NCBI GenBank assembly: GCA_007130265.1
Contig: SLST01000023.1
Span: forward strand, 1 to 60,779
DNA from: Spirochaetales bacterium
GTDB taxonomy: Bacteria > Spirochaetota > Spirochaetia > DSM-27196 > SLST01
Direction: 5' to 3'
Length of the DNA: 60,779 nucleotides
Part shown: positions 19,809-29,000 of the stretch, piece by piece
Layout of the letters: every line of letters starts with the position of its first letter
Numbering within the stretch: the stretch's first letter is position 1
Program-made: the position numbers and the translations under genes
Notes under the pieces: generated by a model
Told to the model about the DNA's origin: nothing
Seen by the model: only the letters and a program-made list of their open reading frames with translations
Database searches by the model: none

Positions 19809-20933
19809 ATGGGCGTCATCATAAGGGCGACCACCGCCCCCGGGATCGAGGATGTCGCGCAGGACGAGGGTTCGGCTCTCCTCGCCCGGGAAGGATTTCC
19901 GGCAGTTGACGCCGGCGAGTCCGGGGCGTGCCTGCGTCTGCCCGGTGTCGTCGTCTGGGAGCTCGAGCCCGGCGTGACGGTAGACGAGGTGCGACGCGGT
20001 GATCCGTTGCGCTCGGCCCGATCGCTCTTCCACGTGGCGGTACACGTCGCCGAGGTTGCATGGGACGGGAGGACGCTTGCGTCGCTGCTCAGAGGCGTCG
20101 AGCGGACCGAGCTCGCCGAGCTGCACGACGCCGAGAGCTTCCGCGTCAGCTGTTCGCGGGTAGGGGAACACGACTTCCAGAGTCCTGAGGTCGAGCGCGA
20201 GACAGGATCGATCGTGCGGGCCCGGTACGGCACCGCAGTCGACCTTGAAGCCTATGCGGTGCATGTAAAAGTGGACATCGTCGGACCGAGGGCCTTCTGC
20301 GGGTACCAGCTCACCCGGCGAAAGGGGCTCGACCGACGTTACCGCTGGGTCTACCACCCAAGGGTCACGCTTCGCACGCCTATCGCCTACGCGATGCTCG
20401 TTATCGCCGGCTACGCCTCCCGCCCGGATGCGCTGCACGACCCGTTCTGCGGCTCAGGCACGATCCTCCTCGAGTCCGCGGCGATTGCGGCGCACGGCGG
20501 CGCGGGCATGCCCGCTCTTTCCGGCAGCGACTGGGATACGCGCGCAGTCGAAGGCACCCGGGCGAACCTGTCGGCTGCCGGGGTGGCGGGTGTGCGTGTG
20601 AGTCGCATCGATGCCCGTGAGCTCGCTGCGACGGTCCGGGAGCGCTCGCTCGCCTACATCGTGACGAATCCTCCGTTCGGCATCAGGCTCGCGAAGGGTC
20701 TGAGCCTCTTCTCCCTGTATGACAGCCTGCTCGGGTCGGCCGCGAAGGTACTGCGCCCCGGGGGTACACTTGCGCTGCTCGTCGGTCGGCAGCGGGGGAC
20801 GTTCAACCGCGCGCTGCGCGCGTACCCGGAGTTCGGCCGGGAACACGTTCGTGTCGTTGAGATGGGCGGTGTGTATGCGGCACTCTACGTGCTTCGGCTC
20901 GGGGCGATTGACGGGGCCCCGAGCGCAGAGTAG
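19809..20933 (+). CDS. THUMP-domain class I SAM-dependent RNA methyltransferase (RlmL/Trm14-like)
   Basis: N-terminal THUMP-like region, DPFCGSGTILLESA (motif I) and VTNPPFG (motif IV). The ATG directly abuts the pcm stop (TAGATG). Confidence 0.85.
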   Translation: MGVIIRATTAPGIEDVAQDEGSALLAREGFPAVDAGESGACLRLPGVVVWELEPGVTVDEVRRGDPLRSARSLFHVAVHVAEVAWDGRTLASLLRGVERTELAELHDAESFRVSCSRVGEHDFQSPEVERETGSIVRARYGTAVDLEAYAVHVKVDIVGPRAFCGYQLTRRKGLDRRYRWVYHPRVTLRTPIAYAMLVIAGYASRPDALHDPFCGSGTILLESAAIAAHGGAGMPALSGSDWDTRAVEGTRANLSAAGVAGVRVSRIDARELAATVRERSLAYIVTNPPFGIRLAKGLSLFSLYDSLLGSAAKVLRPGGTLALLVGRQRGTFNRALRAYPEFGREHVRVVEMGGVYAALYVLRLGAIDGAPSAE

Positions 20934-20942
20934 GTTCCTGCC

Positions 20943-21173
20943 ATGGGACTGTTCAAAAAGAAGGGCGAAACACTCACCATAGACGTTCCGGGAATGCATT
21001 GTGCGAACTGCGAGCGGCGCGTCAAGGTGATCCTCGAATCCGTGCCGGGCGTCTCGTCGGTCAAGCCGGACGCCGCCAGCCGCAGTGTCGTCGTCGGTCT
21101 CGATGCCACGAAGCCGGCGAACGAGCAGACGCTGCGCGATGAGCTCGCAGCCGGAGGATACCCGCCCGAGTAG
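20943..21173 (+). CDS. Heavy-metal-associated (HMA) domain protein, CopZ-like
   Basis: GMHCANC metal-binding motif in a ~70-aa ferredoxin-like fold ([30 protein letters not shown]). Confidence 0.8.
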   Translation: MGLFKKKGETLTIDVPGMHCANCERRVKVILESVPGVSSVKPDAASRSVVVGLDATKPANEQTLRDELAAGGYPPE

Positions 21174-21197
21174 GGCGGGCCGACCCGGGAATCCGGC

Positions 21198-21226
21198 TTT
21201 ACACCGGCGTAGGCATCTTCTATCAT
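21198..21226 (+). promoter_or_regulatory. Candidate sigma70-type promoter of the MCP gene (TTTACA-N17-TATCAT)
   Basis: -35 at 21198-21203, 17-nt spacer, -10 at 21221-21226. The ATG at 21235 is 8 nt downstream and there is no SD. Confidence 0.5.
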
Positions 21227-21234
21227 CCTCGACA

Positions 21235-23352
21235 ATGAAACACTACGCAGGATCATTTCGCGTGCGGCTTCTGATGCTCGCGCTGGTGCCGCTTGCAGCG
21301 CTGCTGGCCCCGACGATGATCCTCGTCGGACAGTTGCAGCGTGACGTCGTCGAGTGTCGGGCGGTCGAGGAGCTCACCGAGATGTCCGTCCTGCTCGCCG
21401 ACCTCTCGGCCGCGGCTCGGGAGGAACGTGACGCGACGATCGCGATGATCGCCGGGTTCGATGCCGGGATCGTTCTCGAAGAGGCTCGGTCGCGCGTCGA
21501 CGAAGCAGTCGCGGTGATTGGCCGGGCGGACGCGACCGATCCGCTCGTCGCCGAAGCGCTCGCGCGGCTGGACCTCGCGAGGCAGCACGCCGGCGAGCGA
21601 GACCTGGTCGGTCTCTACCTCGAATCGGTCCGATTCGAGGACGCGGTGGTTGCCCGGATTCAGAGCGTCGCCGACGTCCCGACGCGGTCGGATATTGCGC
21701 GCCGCGCTTTCGCCTTCGCCCATCTCGTCTCATCGCACACCGAAAGCGGCCGCTCGCGGACTCTCTTCGCCGCGGCGCTTGCCGGCGCGCTTGCGACCCG
21801 CGACCCCATCGCCGACGGGATCGCCGCCGCGGCCCGAGCCGACGCGCTTCGCGAGCTCTTTCTCTCGGTCACCGAGGCGGGGTTGCGCGACGAGTACCTG
21901 GCAGTACTGAGATCACCTGAGGTCGTCCGCGGCGACGACCTTGTCCTCCGGATCGTGAGTCCTGATCAGCCTTCACCTGCGGACGAACAGTGGTACCGTG
22001 TGTCCACCGAACGGTTGGCGGCACTCGAGGCCGCCGAAGCGGCGATATCGTCCGATCTCCTTCAGATCGCCCGCGACGATCGAGCAAGGGCGGCGGCGGC
22101 GCGAACGCTCGGCCTGATCGCCGCGTTGATCGTTGTCGTCGCCGTGCTCGTCGTCCTCTCGGTGATCTACCGGCGCACCATGAAGCAGCTGGGGGCTGAG
22201 CCTGCAGTGGTCGAACGCCTCGCCGTGTCGCTGAGCCAGGGGGACCTTCGTCACGCGTTCGGGGTGACGCGTGAACGCGGTGCGCGCAACACCGGCATCC
22301 ACGCCGCGATGGTTGCCACGACGCAGCGTCTGCATGAGCTCGTGCGGGTCCTCAAGGAGAGTTCGGCGGAGAGTCTTGCGATGGGCAGATCGCTTCAGGC
22401 GACCGCCCGCGAGAGTCGAGAGATCATCAGCGCGATGAGCGACGGAATATCCCGCGTCGATGTCGACTCCTCCGAGCTTGACGCGCGCATCCAGTCGGCA
22501 ACGGCGGCCGTCGAGCAGATTGGGCTCACGGTGACCAATGTTACCGGGCTGATCGAAGACCAGGCGGCCGCAGTGAATCAGAGTTCCTCTGCCATTGAGC
22601 AGATGACCGCCTCCATCCGCAACGTTGCGAGGATCGCTGACGAGCGTGAACAGACGAGCAAGAGCCTCAGGGAGATCACGGAGACCGGAGGCGAGCACGT
22701 CGAGGCGACTGAAGAGGTGATACGCCGGGTGAGCCAGTCCACCGACTCGATGATCGAGATGGTCGACCTGATCAACCAGATCGCGAGTCAGACGAATATG
22801 CTCGCGATGAACGCGGCGATCGAGGCGGCGCACGCCGGTGATGCGGGGAAGGGGTTCGCCGTCGTCGCCGATGAGATACGCCGGCTCGCTGAGACCGTGG
22901 GTGAGAACGCGCACACGATCTCAGCCGGACTCAACGAGACGGTTGAGCAGATCGGGTCGGCCCTGGGGGCGAGCAGATCGACCGGTGAGGCCTTCTCGAA
23001 GATCAGTGCCGACGTTCGGGAAGTGACCGCCAGTTTCGGTGAAATCGTCGGGAGCATGGCCGAGCTGTCTCAGGGAACCGGCGAGATACTCAACGCCATG
23101 CAGTCTCTGACCGATATCACGGCGCAGATCCGGGGCGCCTCCGCAGAGATGGCCGGTGGCGCGTCTGAGATCACCGCGTCGATGGAATCGGTGCGCACGC
23201 TCTCGTCGAATGTTCGCGCAGCGGTCGCCGACATCGCTTCCGGCACTCTGCGAATCCGGCAGAGTGCCGACGCTGTCGCCGACGCCGGCGAACGGAATCA
23301 GCTTCAGATCGAGGAGATCCATCGGCAGCTCGACTCGTTTCGGACCGAGTAG
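21235..23352 (+). CDS. Methyl-accepting chemotaxis protein with NIT-like periplasmic sensor domain
   Basis: TM1, a ~300-aa helical sensor, TM2, HAMP ([19 protein letters not shown]), and signalling hairpin [33 protein letters not shown]. Start at the MKHYAG ATG at 21235; the ORF-track start overlaps the HMA gene. Confidence 0.92.
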   Translation: MKHYAGSFRVRLLMLALVPLAALLAPTMILVGQLQRDVVECRAVEELTEMSVLLADLSAAAREERDATIAMIAGFDAGIVLEEARSRVDEAVAVIGRADATDPLVAEALARLDLARQHAGERDLVGLYLESVRFEDAVVARIQSVADVPTRSDIARRAFAFAHLVSSHTESGRSRTLFAAALAGALATRDPIADGIAAAARADALRELFLSVTEAGLRDEYLAVLRSPEVVRGDDLVLRIVSPDQPSPADEQWYRVSTERLAALEAAEAAISSDLLQIARDDRARAAAARTLGLIAALIVVVAVLVVLSVIYRRTMKQLGAEPAVVERLAVSLSQGDLRHAFGVTRERGARNTGIHAAMVATTQRLHELVRVLKESSAESLAMGRSLQATARESREIISAMSDGISRVDVDSSELDARIQSATAAVEQIGLTVTNVTGLIEDQAAAVNQSSSAIEQMTASIRNVARIADEREQTSKSLREITETGGEHVEATEEVIRRVSQSTDSMIEMVDLINQIASQTNMLAMNAAIEAAHAGDAGKGFAVVADEIRRLAETVGENAHTISAGLNETVEQIGSALGASRSTGEAFSKISADVREVTASFGEIVGSMAELSQGTGEILNAMQSLTDITAQIRGASAEMAGGASEITASMESVRTLSSNVRAAVADIASGTLRIRQSADAVADAGERNQLQIEEIHRQLDSFRTE

Positions 23353-23395
23353 CGCGAGCCTGGTCGAGGACTGGGAAACCGACTATGCCCTCTAC

Positions 23396-23860
23396 GTGAC
23401 GAACGAGTACGTGGAGGCTGCGATAGCGGAGGCGATTGCTGGTGTCGAGCGGGGTCACGGGGGGCCTTTCGGGGCGGTCGTAGTTCGCGACGGCGTGATC
23501 ATCGGGCGGGGCCACAACCAGGTGGTAACCTGGCTGGATCCGACCGCCCACGCGGAGGTGCTCGCGATCCGGCTCGCTTGCCGGGAGACCGGCCGGTTCG
23601 ATCTGCACGGGTGCGAGCTCTACACCACGTGCGAGCCGTGCCCGATGTGCTACGCGGCGGCGTGGTGGGCGCGCATCTCGACCATCCATTACGGGTGCAC
23701 GCGCGGTGATGCCGAGCAGTTCGGCTTCGACGATTCGGCAATCTACGCTGATCTCGAAGGACGCGTGCCGAAGCAGATACGCATGGTGGCGTCTGCACGG
23801 GAAGCGTGTCTCGAGCCAATGCGTCTGTGGCGTGAGCGGCCCGACCGAGTGCCGTACTGA
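23396..23860 (+). CDS. guaD: Guanine deaminase, CDA-fold (B. subtilis GuaD type) / nucleoside deaminase
   Basis: GGPFGAVVVRDGVIIGRGHNQV...DPTAHAEVLAIR...TTCEPCPMCYAAAWWARI...FDDSAIY is colinear with the small GuaD family (HAE and PCxxC zinc motifs). A GTG at 23396 gives the family-typical N-terminus. Confidence 0.85.
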   Translation: MTNEYVEAAIAEAIAGVERGHGGPFGAVVVRDGVIIGRGHNQVVTWLDPTAHAEVLAIRLACRETGRFDLHGCELYTTCEPCPMCYAAAWWARISTIHYGCTRGDAEQFGFDDSAIYADLEGRVPKQIRMVASAREACLEPMRLWRERPDRVPY

Positions 23861-23901
23861 TGCTCCCGTCGCGGCGCCCCTGCTCCCAGTGGCAGCGCCT
23901 G

Positions 23902-24432
23902 CTACCGCGGTCGGCCGTTCGCGCGCAGGGCCTCCTCGTTGAGGTAGATCATCTCGTAGCGGCCGGAGTCGTCGAGCTCATCGCCCAGGCCGATGCGGGC
24001 CGCGAAAAAGAAGAGAATGTCGTCCATATCGTCGGCCGACGGCGTGACTGCGTAGCGCGCAAAGTGGGGCATCGTGAGATCGAGGAGCTCTCCGTTCAGC
24101 GGATACGGACTGATCGAGTCGATCAGCCCGCGAAACGTGTTTCTCAGCCCCCCATAGTACGCCCGCGACCGGCCAACCAGCTGCGGCGTCCGGGCTCCTT
24201 CATCGCGGTAGATCTCGAAGACACCGGGGAGTGAGGGAACGCGCCCCGCGATGACCCGCTTCGTAAGCGGCACCAGGGGACTCCACCAGACGGTGAAGTA
24301 CACGGTCCGGTCCTTCGTGCGCTTCGTTACTCGGGGTTCCACCCTTTTACTATACCTCCATGGCCCTGCGCTGTCGATGAGCCCGATCGACAGAAGGTTT
24401 TGCGATTTTGCGCCTGACAGCTCGGTCGCCAC
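23902..24432 (-). CDS. Hypothetical protein with a possible degenerate GIY-YIG-like motif
   Basis: LPGVFEIYRDEG...QLVGRSRAYYGGLRNTFRGL loosely resembles GIY..YIG..R spacing. The start is ambiguous: the longest ORF starts at 24432, but a GTG at 24342 has GGAGGT upstream and avoids the comFB promoter. Confidence 0.5.
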   Translation of the reverse strand: MATELSGAKSQNLLSIGLIDSAGPWRYSKRVEPRVTKRTKDRTVYFTVWWSPLVPLTKRVIAGRVPSLPGVFEIYRDEGARTPQLVGRSRAYYGGLRNTFRGLIDSISPYPLNGELLDLTMPHFARYAVTPSADDMDDILFFFAARIGLGDELDDSGRYEMIYLNEEALRANGRPR

Positions 24433-24442
24433 GCACTATACT
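24414..24442 (+). promoter_or_regulatory. Candidate sigma70-type promoter of the comFB-like operon (CTGACA-N17-TATACT)
   Basis: -35 at 24414-24419 and -10 at 24437-24442. The ATG at 24454 is 11 nt downstream. Confidence 0.5.
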
Positions 24443-24453
24443 TCGAGAGGACC

Positions 24454-25182
24454 ATGAAACTAAAAAACTACCAGGAAGACGTGGTGCTGCGCGCGATCGA
24501 AATCGCGCTCGAAGAAGAGCCGGACCTGCTCCGCGACGAAGACTTCGTCAAGGACGTCGCGGCGTACGTGCTCAATCGAGTTCCTGCGCGGTACGTCATG
24601 AGCGAGCGAGGCTTTCTGCGGCTCGCGCTCGAGCATCTCGAGGAAGACCAGCAGGAGAAGTCACTCGCGAATGTGATCGAGCTGATGATGCTCGTGAACC
24701 GGGGGGTCGATCTCGTGCGAGGTCGACGGTCCGAATCGCCGTCCAACTCTGTGCGAAGCGACTCCGGTTTTCCGGGAGCCGACGGCGGAACGATCGAGTA
24801 CGTCCACAACTATCCCCAGATCATCGGTCGGGTGATCGACGAACAGAACGGCGAACCCGTGTACGGGGCTACGGTGACATTGCTGCTTGACGGTCGGGTC
24901 GCGCCTCCAGCGGCAAGCGGGTGGCAGAACCCCTACGTCACGCGCCTGCAGACTCGAGGACACTTCAGTTTCTGGCCACAGGCTTCGCGGAATACGTGTC
25001 CGCGGCTCAGCGTTGAGCTCGAGTTCGCGGTCACTCGCGACGGCTATCATCCATTGCGCTACACCCGGCGGATCACCACCGAGGGGAGCTACGACGCAGC
25101 TCAGACGATCCACGGCGACAAGATACTATCACTCCCTCCTCTGGCGGTCAGAGCCACTGAGGCGTCTGCGGAGGCGCAGTGA
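24454..25182 (+). CDS. ComFB-domain protein with C-terminal carboxypeptidase-regulatory-like (CarboxypepD_reg) beta-sandwich
   Basis: N-terminus MKLKNYQEDVVLRAIEIALEEEPDLLRDEDFVKDVAAYVLNRVPARYV fits the ComFB (late competence development) pattern. C-terminus IIGRVIDEQNGEPVYGATVTLLLDGR...GHFSFW...VTRDGYHP fits CarboxypepD_reg. Confidence 0.75.
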   Translation: MKLKNYQEDVVLRAIEIALEEEPDLLRDEDFVKDVAAYVLNRVPARYVMSERGFLRLALEHLEEDQQEKSLANVIELMMLVNRGVDLVRGRRSESPSNSVRSDSGFPGADGGTIEYVHNYPQIIGRVIDEQNGEPVYGATVTLLLDGRVAPPAASGWQNPYVTRLQTRGHFSFWPQASRNTCPRLSVELEFAVTRDGYHPLRYTRRITTEGSYDAAQTIHGDKILSLPPLAVRATEASAEAQ

Positions 25183-25634
25183 GCGGCAAGGATCTGTTAT
25201 CGCTCTCGTTTCGGGTAATCGGGCTTCTGTTCGCGGCGATTGGCACCGCATCGGCGGCGTCGACGGCCGTCTATGTCTTACGGGCGACGAGGGTGACTGG
25301 TACCGTTGTCGATTACGTGGTCGAGCAGAACGCGATATCGCTCATGTCGAGCGCCGAGCCGACCGGGCTGCTCTACTATCCGGTCGTGGAGTACGAGTCG
25401 CCGTCGGGTGAGCGCTCTACCCTGACCGGGCGTTCGGGACGGACGCGAAGAGTCTACGAGGTCGGCCAATCGCTGCCGGTTCTCGTATCGCTCAGGGACT
25501 CGCAGGCTGCCCGCATAGGTACGGCATTCGGCGCCTGGGGGAGTTCGATCATCCTCGGGGGACTCGGTGCGCTCTTTCTTCTGCTCAGTGTGCTCGCACC
25601 ACAGGGGTTCGGCGGAAGGGACTCGCGGCTATGA
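25179..25634 (+). CDS. DUF3592-like membrane protein
   Basis: TM, then a beta-rich core (RVTGTVVDYV...YYPVVEYESPSGERSTLTG...YEVGQSLPVLV), then TM, as in DUF3592. GTGA overlap with the upstream stop. Confidence 0.7.
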   Translation: MSGKDLLSLSFRVIGLLFAAIGTASAASTAVYVLRATRVTGTVVDYVVEQNAISLMSSAEPTGLLYYPVVEYESPSGERSTLTGRSGRTRRVYEVGQSLPVLVSLRDSQAARIGTAFGAWGSSIILGGLGALFLLLSVLAPQGFGGRDSRL

Positions 25635-26029
25635 CCATGTCAAGACACGCGCAGATTCTCCGCGAACAGCGGCTTGCCGAGCAGCTGCGGCCGCTGATCA
25701 TCACGCGTCTTCGAGCGGGTGATGAACTGCTCGGCATAGCCGAAGCGGTGGCGGAGAGCTCGGAGATCGACGCGCGGACCGCGTACAAGTGGGTCTCGAC
25801 GATAGCTGAGGACTTCACCCGGCGCCGCCGACGGATCGTCATCGCGGGTCTCGGCTTGCTTTGGGTCGGAGTCCTCGCTGCGGCGGCCGGCGTGCTGCTC
25901 CATGTCTTTGGCGTCGGCCTCGGCCGCCTCCCGGTGTGGCAGACCGGACTCGTCGTTGGAGGTCCCGTGGCCGTTACCGGGGGACTGCTCATCCGGTTTG
26001 CACCGGATCTCGTCCGACGGTCGGTGTAG
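25631..26029 (+). CDS. Hypothetical 2-TM membrane protein
   Basis: Soluble helical N-terminus, then two hydrophobic spans (IVIAGLGLLWVGVLAAAAGVLL and LVVGGPVAVTGGLLI). ATGA overlap with the upstream stop. Confidence 0.55.
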   Translation: MTMSRHAQILREQRLAEQLRPLIITRLRAGDELLGIAEAVAESSEIDARTAYKWVSTIAEDFTRRRRRIVIAGLGLLWVGVLAAAAGVLLHVFGVGLGRLPVWQTGLVVGGPVAVTGGLLIRFAPDLVRRSV

Positions 26030-26033
26030 CCGG

Positions 26034-29000
26034 TCACCGGTAGGGGGCTTCGAGTACGTACCGCGTGTGCTCGTACCGGAATCCGGCGGCGCGGAGCGCC
26101 GCGGCGAAAGGGCTGTGGCGTGCCGGAATGCCGTTAATGGTCTCCACGGAGACGCGTGGCAGCGGATTCCAGGAGCGCGACACAAGGTTGTGGAGCGGGT
26201 CGAAACACCGATCGAGATCAGGGTCATCGACATCGACGAGTATCGTGAGGTCGCGCCCGTTGCGACGGCTCGTTGCGATGAGCGAGCGGCCGCGGAAGAC
26301 GAGATGGCTTCCCGGCATCCGCGTCGGCAGGTCGGGAAACGCGTCGCCGAGACCCAGACCACACGGACTCGCCGGATCAACCGCACTCATCCAGACGATA
26401 CGATCCGTGGAAGCAGCTGTCTTGAGCGCCTCGAGCGATCGCGGCTCGGCGAACTGCGGTGCCGCGACACCGCGTACGAATCGTCCGCAGATGCACTCGC
26501 CGGCGAGTTCCATGATGCGCAGCGCTCGGAAGATCCGGCCCCAGGAAAACGCGCCACCCTCCCGATCGACGAGCTCACGGAAGACCACTCCGTACCGCTC
26601 GATGAGCGTTCGGGCCCGCTCGCGATCCTCTTCGTGAGCGGTGATCGGATCACGGGGCTCCGGTGGCTCGAGCGGTTGCCACTCGTCGAGCGGATGGGGC
26701 GTTCGCCGTCGGTGGGAGCGCATCGCGGAACGCTGCCGGCCTCGTCGGCCGCGTGCGCCCGGCCAACGCGGCGGCGCGGGCGTTGATTCCTGCTGATCGG
26801 TATCCTCAGTCGGAACGGCAAAGCGTGATCTGATTCCGCGGCGGACGGTCCGGTACGTGCGGGTCGTCGCCGATCCCTCCCACGCCTGCGCCCAGGGGTC
26901 GGAGTTCAGATCGGCTGCAGTGGCTGCCGGGCCGTCCTCCGGCTGCGAGAAGGACCGGTAGAGGTCGATCTCGTCGGTGAGGGAGAAGCAGATCTTCTGC
27001 GAGCCGCAGCCGAGCCACACCAGATCGTGCTCGCCGAACAGCCCGTCGAGCCAGACCGGATGGTAGGCGCTGAGCCGAGCGGGAAGGATGTCCGACTCCC
27101 AACTGCCCGCGGGCGCCGGGTACCCGAACAGAACGTCGAGAATCTCCGTCAGCGACTCAGGGGTTCCTCGCGAGCCGGCGAGCATCGTCGTTGCTGCGAA
27201 CAGCGGGACCAGCGCGTCGGACTCGACCGGGTCAAAGTGGCCACGCGCTGCGGCTCGTCTCGTGCGCAGCAGGTACTCGAGCGTCTCGACGTCGCATACT
27301 TCCGCTGTCTCGGCGCCTTCGGAGATCTCTCCGAGCACCACGAGCCGGGCGTCGCTGAGCTCGGCGATACAGTCGCGCCACAGGTTGGCGGCGATGCCGA
27401 ACCGTCGCGCACCGTCGGTTTCAGGTATCGGGCCGAAGAACCGCAACATCTCGAGCAGTGCCTCCTGCGCAGTGGGACGACTCGTCTCGTTACCCCCGAA
27501 CGCATCGTCCATCTCTCGTCCCTCGGTTTCGCGGGGAGGGTTCGAGAACGGTTCGGCGATCTCGTGCACTCGCGCGGAAGGATAGAGCGCTCGAAGCGAC
27601 GGAAGGCGGTTCCGGGTCGCGAGGAACCACTCACCGGTGCTCTCAATCCACAGGAAGCGGTCCTCGAGTCCCTTGATCGACCAAGCTTCCTCGCCGTGGT
27701 CTCGTCCGACGGCGAGCTCGAGCGCTGCGACCTCATCGGCGGGAACAGCGATCCTTTCGGTGATCCAGTCGAGCAGCTCGTCGGGACCTCCCGGTGCGTA
27801 GCCCGGCTCGAGCCTCTTCAGTCGCGCCGTTGTCTGTTCTACGGTGGAGTGCGGTATCAGAGGACGCATGTCTTCGGTAAGCGCCACGCTGCGGATCAGT
27901 TCCTCTGAGAGCGAGCTGCGGCTCTGGCTGGAAAGCGAGTCGTCCTGGTACATCAGGCGGTTCGTCTCGCGCCAGACGGTGTCGGCCGCGAACGGGCTCG
28001 CCGCCGTTGTCTCGCAGTACGAGAGCGCAATCGCTCCCGTGTCGATCTCCTCCAGGTACGCTCGGAGCGCCGGCAGATCGAACTCTTCTGAAAGACAGCT
28101 GCGCCACGTTTCGATCAAAATAGGGAAGTCGGAGAGCGCGGCGGTCGAAGCGAGCAGCTTTTTGGACTTCACTCGGTTCAGCCAGAGCGGCATTCTCGTC
28201 GAGAACCCCGGTCGCGGCAGCAGGAGCGCCCTTCCCGCGTTCTCGCGGAAGAGCGCACCGAAACGTGCGCTTCCTTCGAGCCGTTCGCGCAGGAGTGCCT
28301 CCAGAGCGTCACGGCGAAGCAGTTTGCGGCAATGATCGGCGGCGAAGAGGTGTGAGGCTGATGACCCCGGAGGTAGCGTCGCGGCCAGGCAGTCATTGTC
28401 GGCCTGGAGCTCGATCGGAGTGCCGTACTCTCGTTCCCAGAGCGCCGCGAGCGCGAGGGCGAGAGGCTCGTTCACCTTTCCACCCCATCCGGTGTGGACG
28501 ATGACCTGGTGCGGCGAGGCGAGAACGCATTCGACGACGATGTGGGTGCGATGAGGCAAGGCGCACCCGGTGGCCTCGCGCTGCGACAGCAGAAAGCGGG
28601 TAAGCTCGGCGGTCATACGCGAGGTCAAATGCCCGATTTCGGTCAGTAGTGAGCCGAGCGCATTCCTCGCGATCGCCTCCTCGCAGACGCGTAGGAAGTC
28701 AAGTCGTCTGAGAGCGTAGTGTGCGTCGCGTCCCTTCGCCTCAGCGCGCCAGAACGGGACCGCCCGTGCCCCCGGATGCGCGCTCGACACGACGACGTCC
28801 CGTTCGGTGATCTGACGTATCGTCCACGCCTGCGATCCGAGCAGGAAAGTGTCTCCGACTCGACGCTCCCAGACGAACTCCTCATCGAGCTCACCCACGA
28901 GTCCTCCCCCGAGCATCCGCATGGTGTAGTACCCGCGATCGGGGATCGTGCCCCCGGACCGGTACAGAAGCATTGCGGATCCCTCGCGCGCGGCGATCCG

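Noticed and set aside
19809-20933. An NPPF-motif methyltransferase, considered as a possible orphan DNA methylase or restriction-modification remnant.
   Set aside because: The N-terminal THUMP-type region and the operon context with dus and pcm point to an RNA methyltransferase. There is no adjacent endonuclease or specificity gene.
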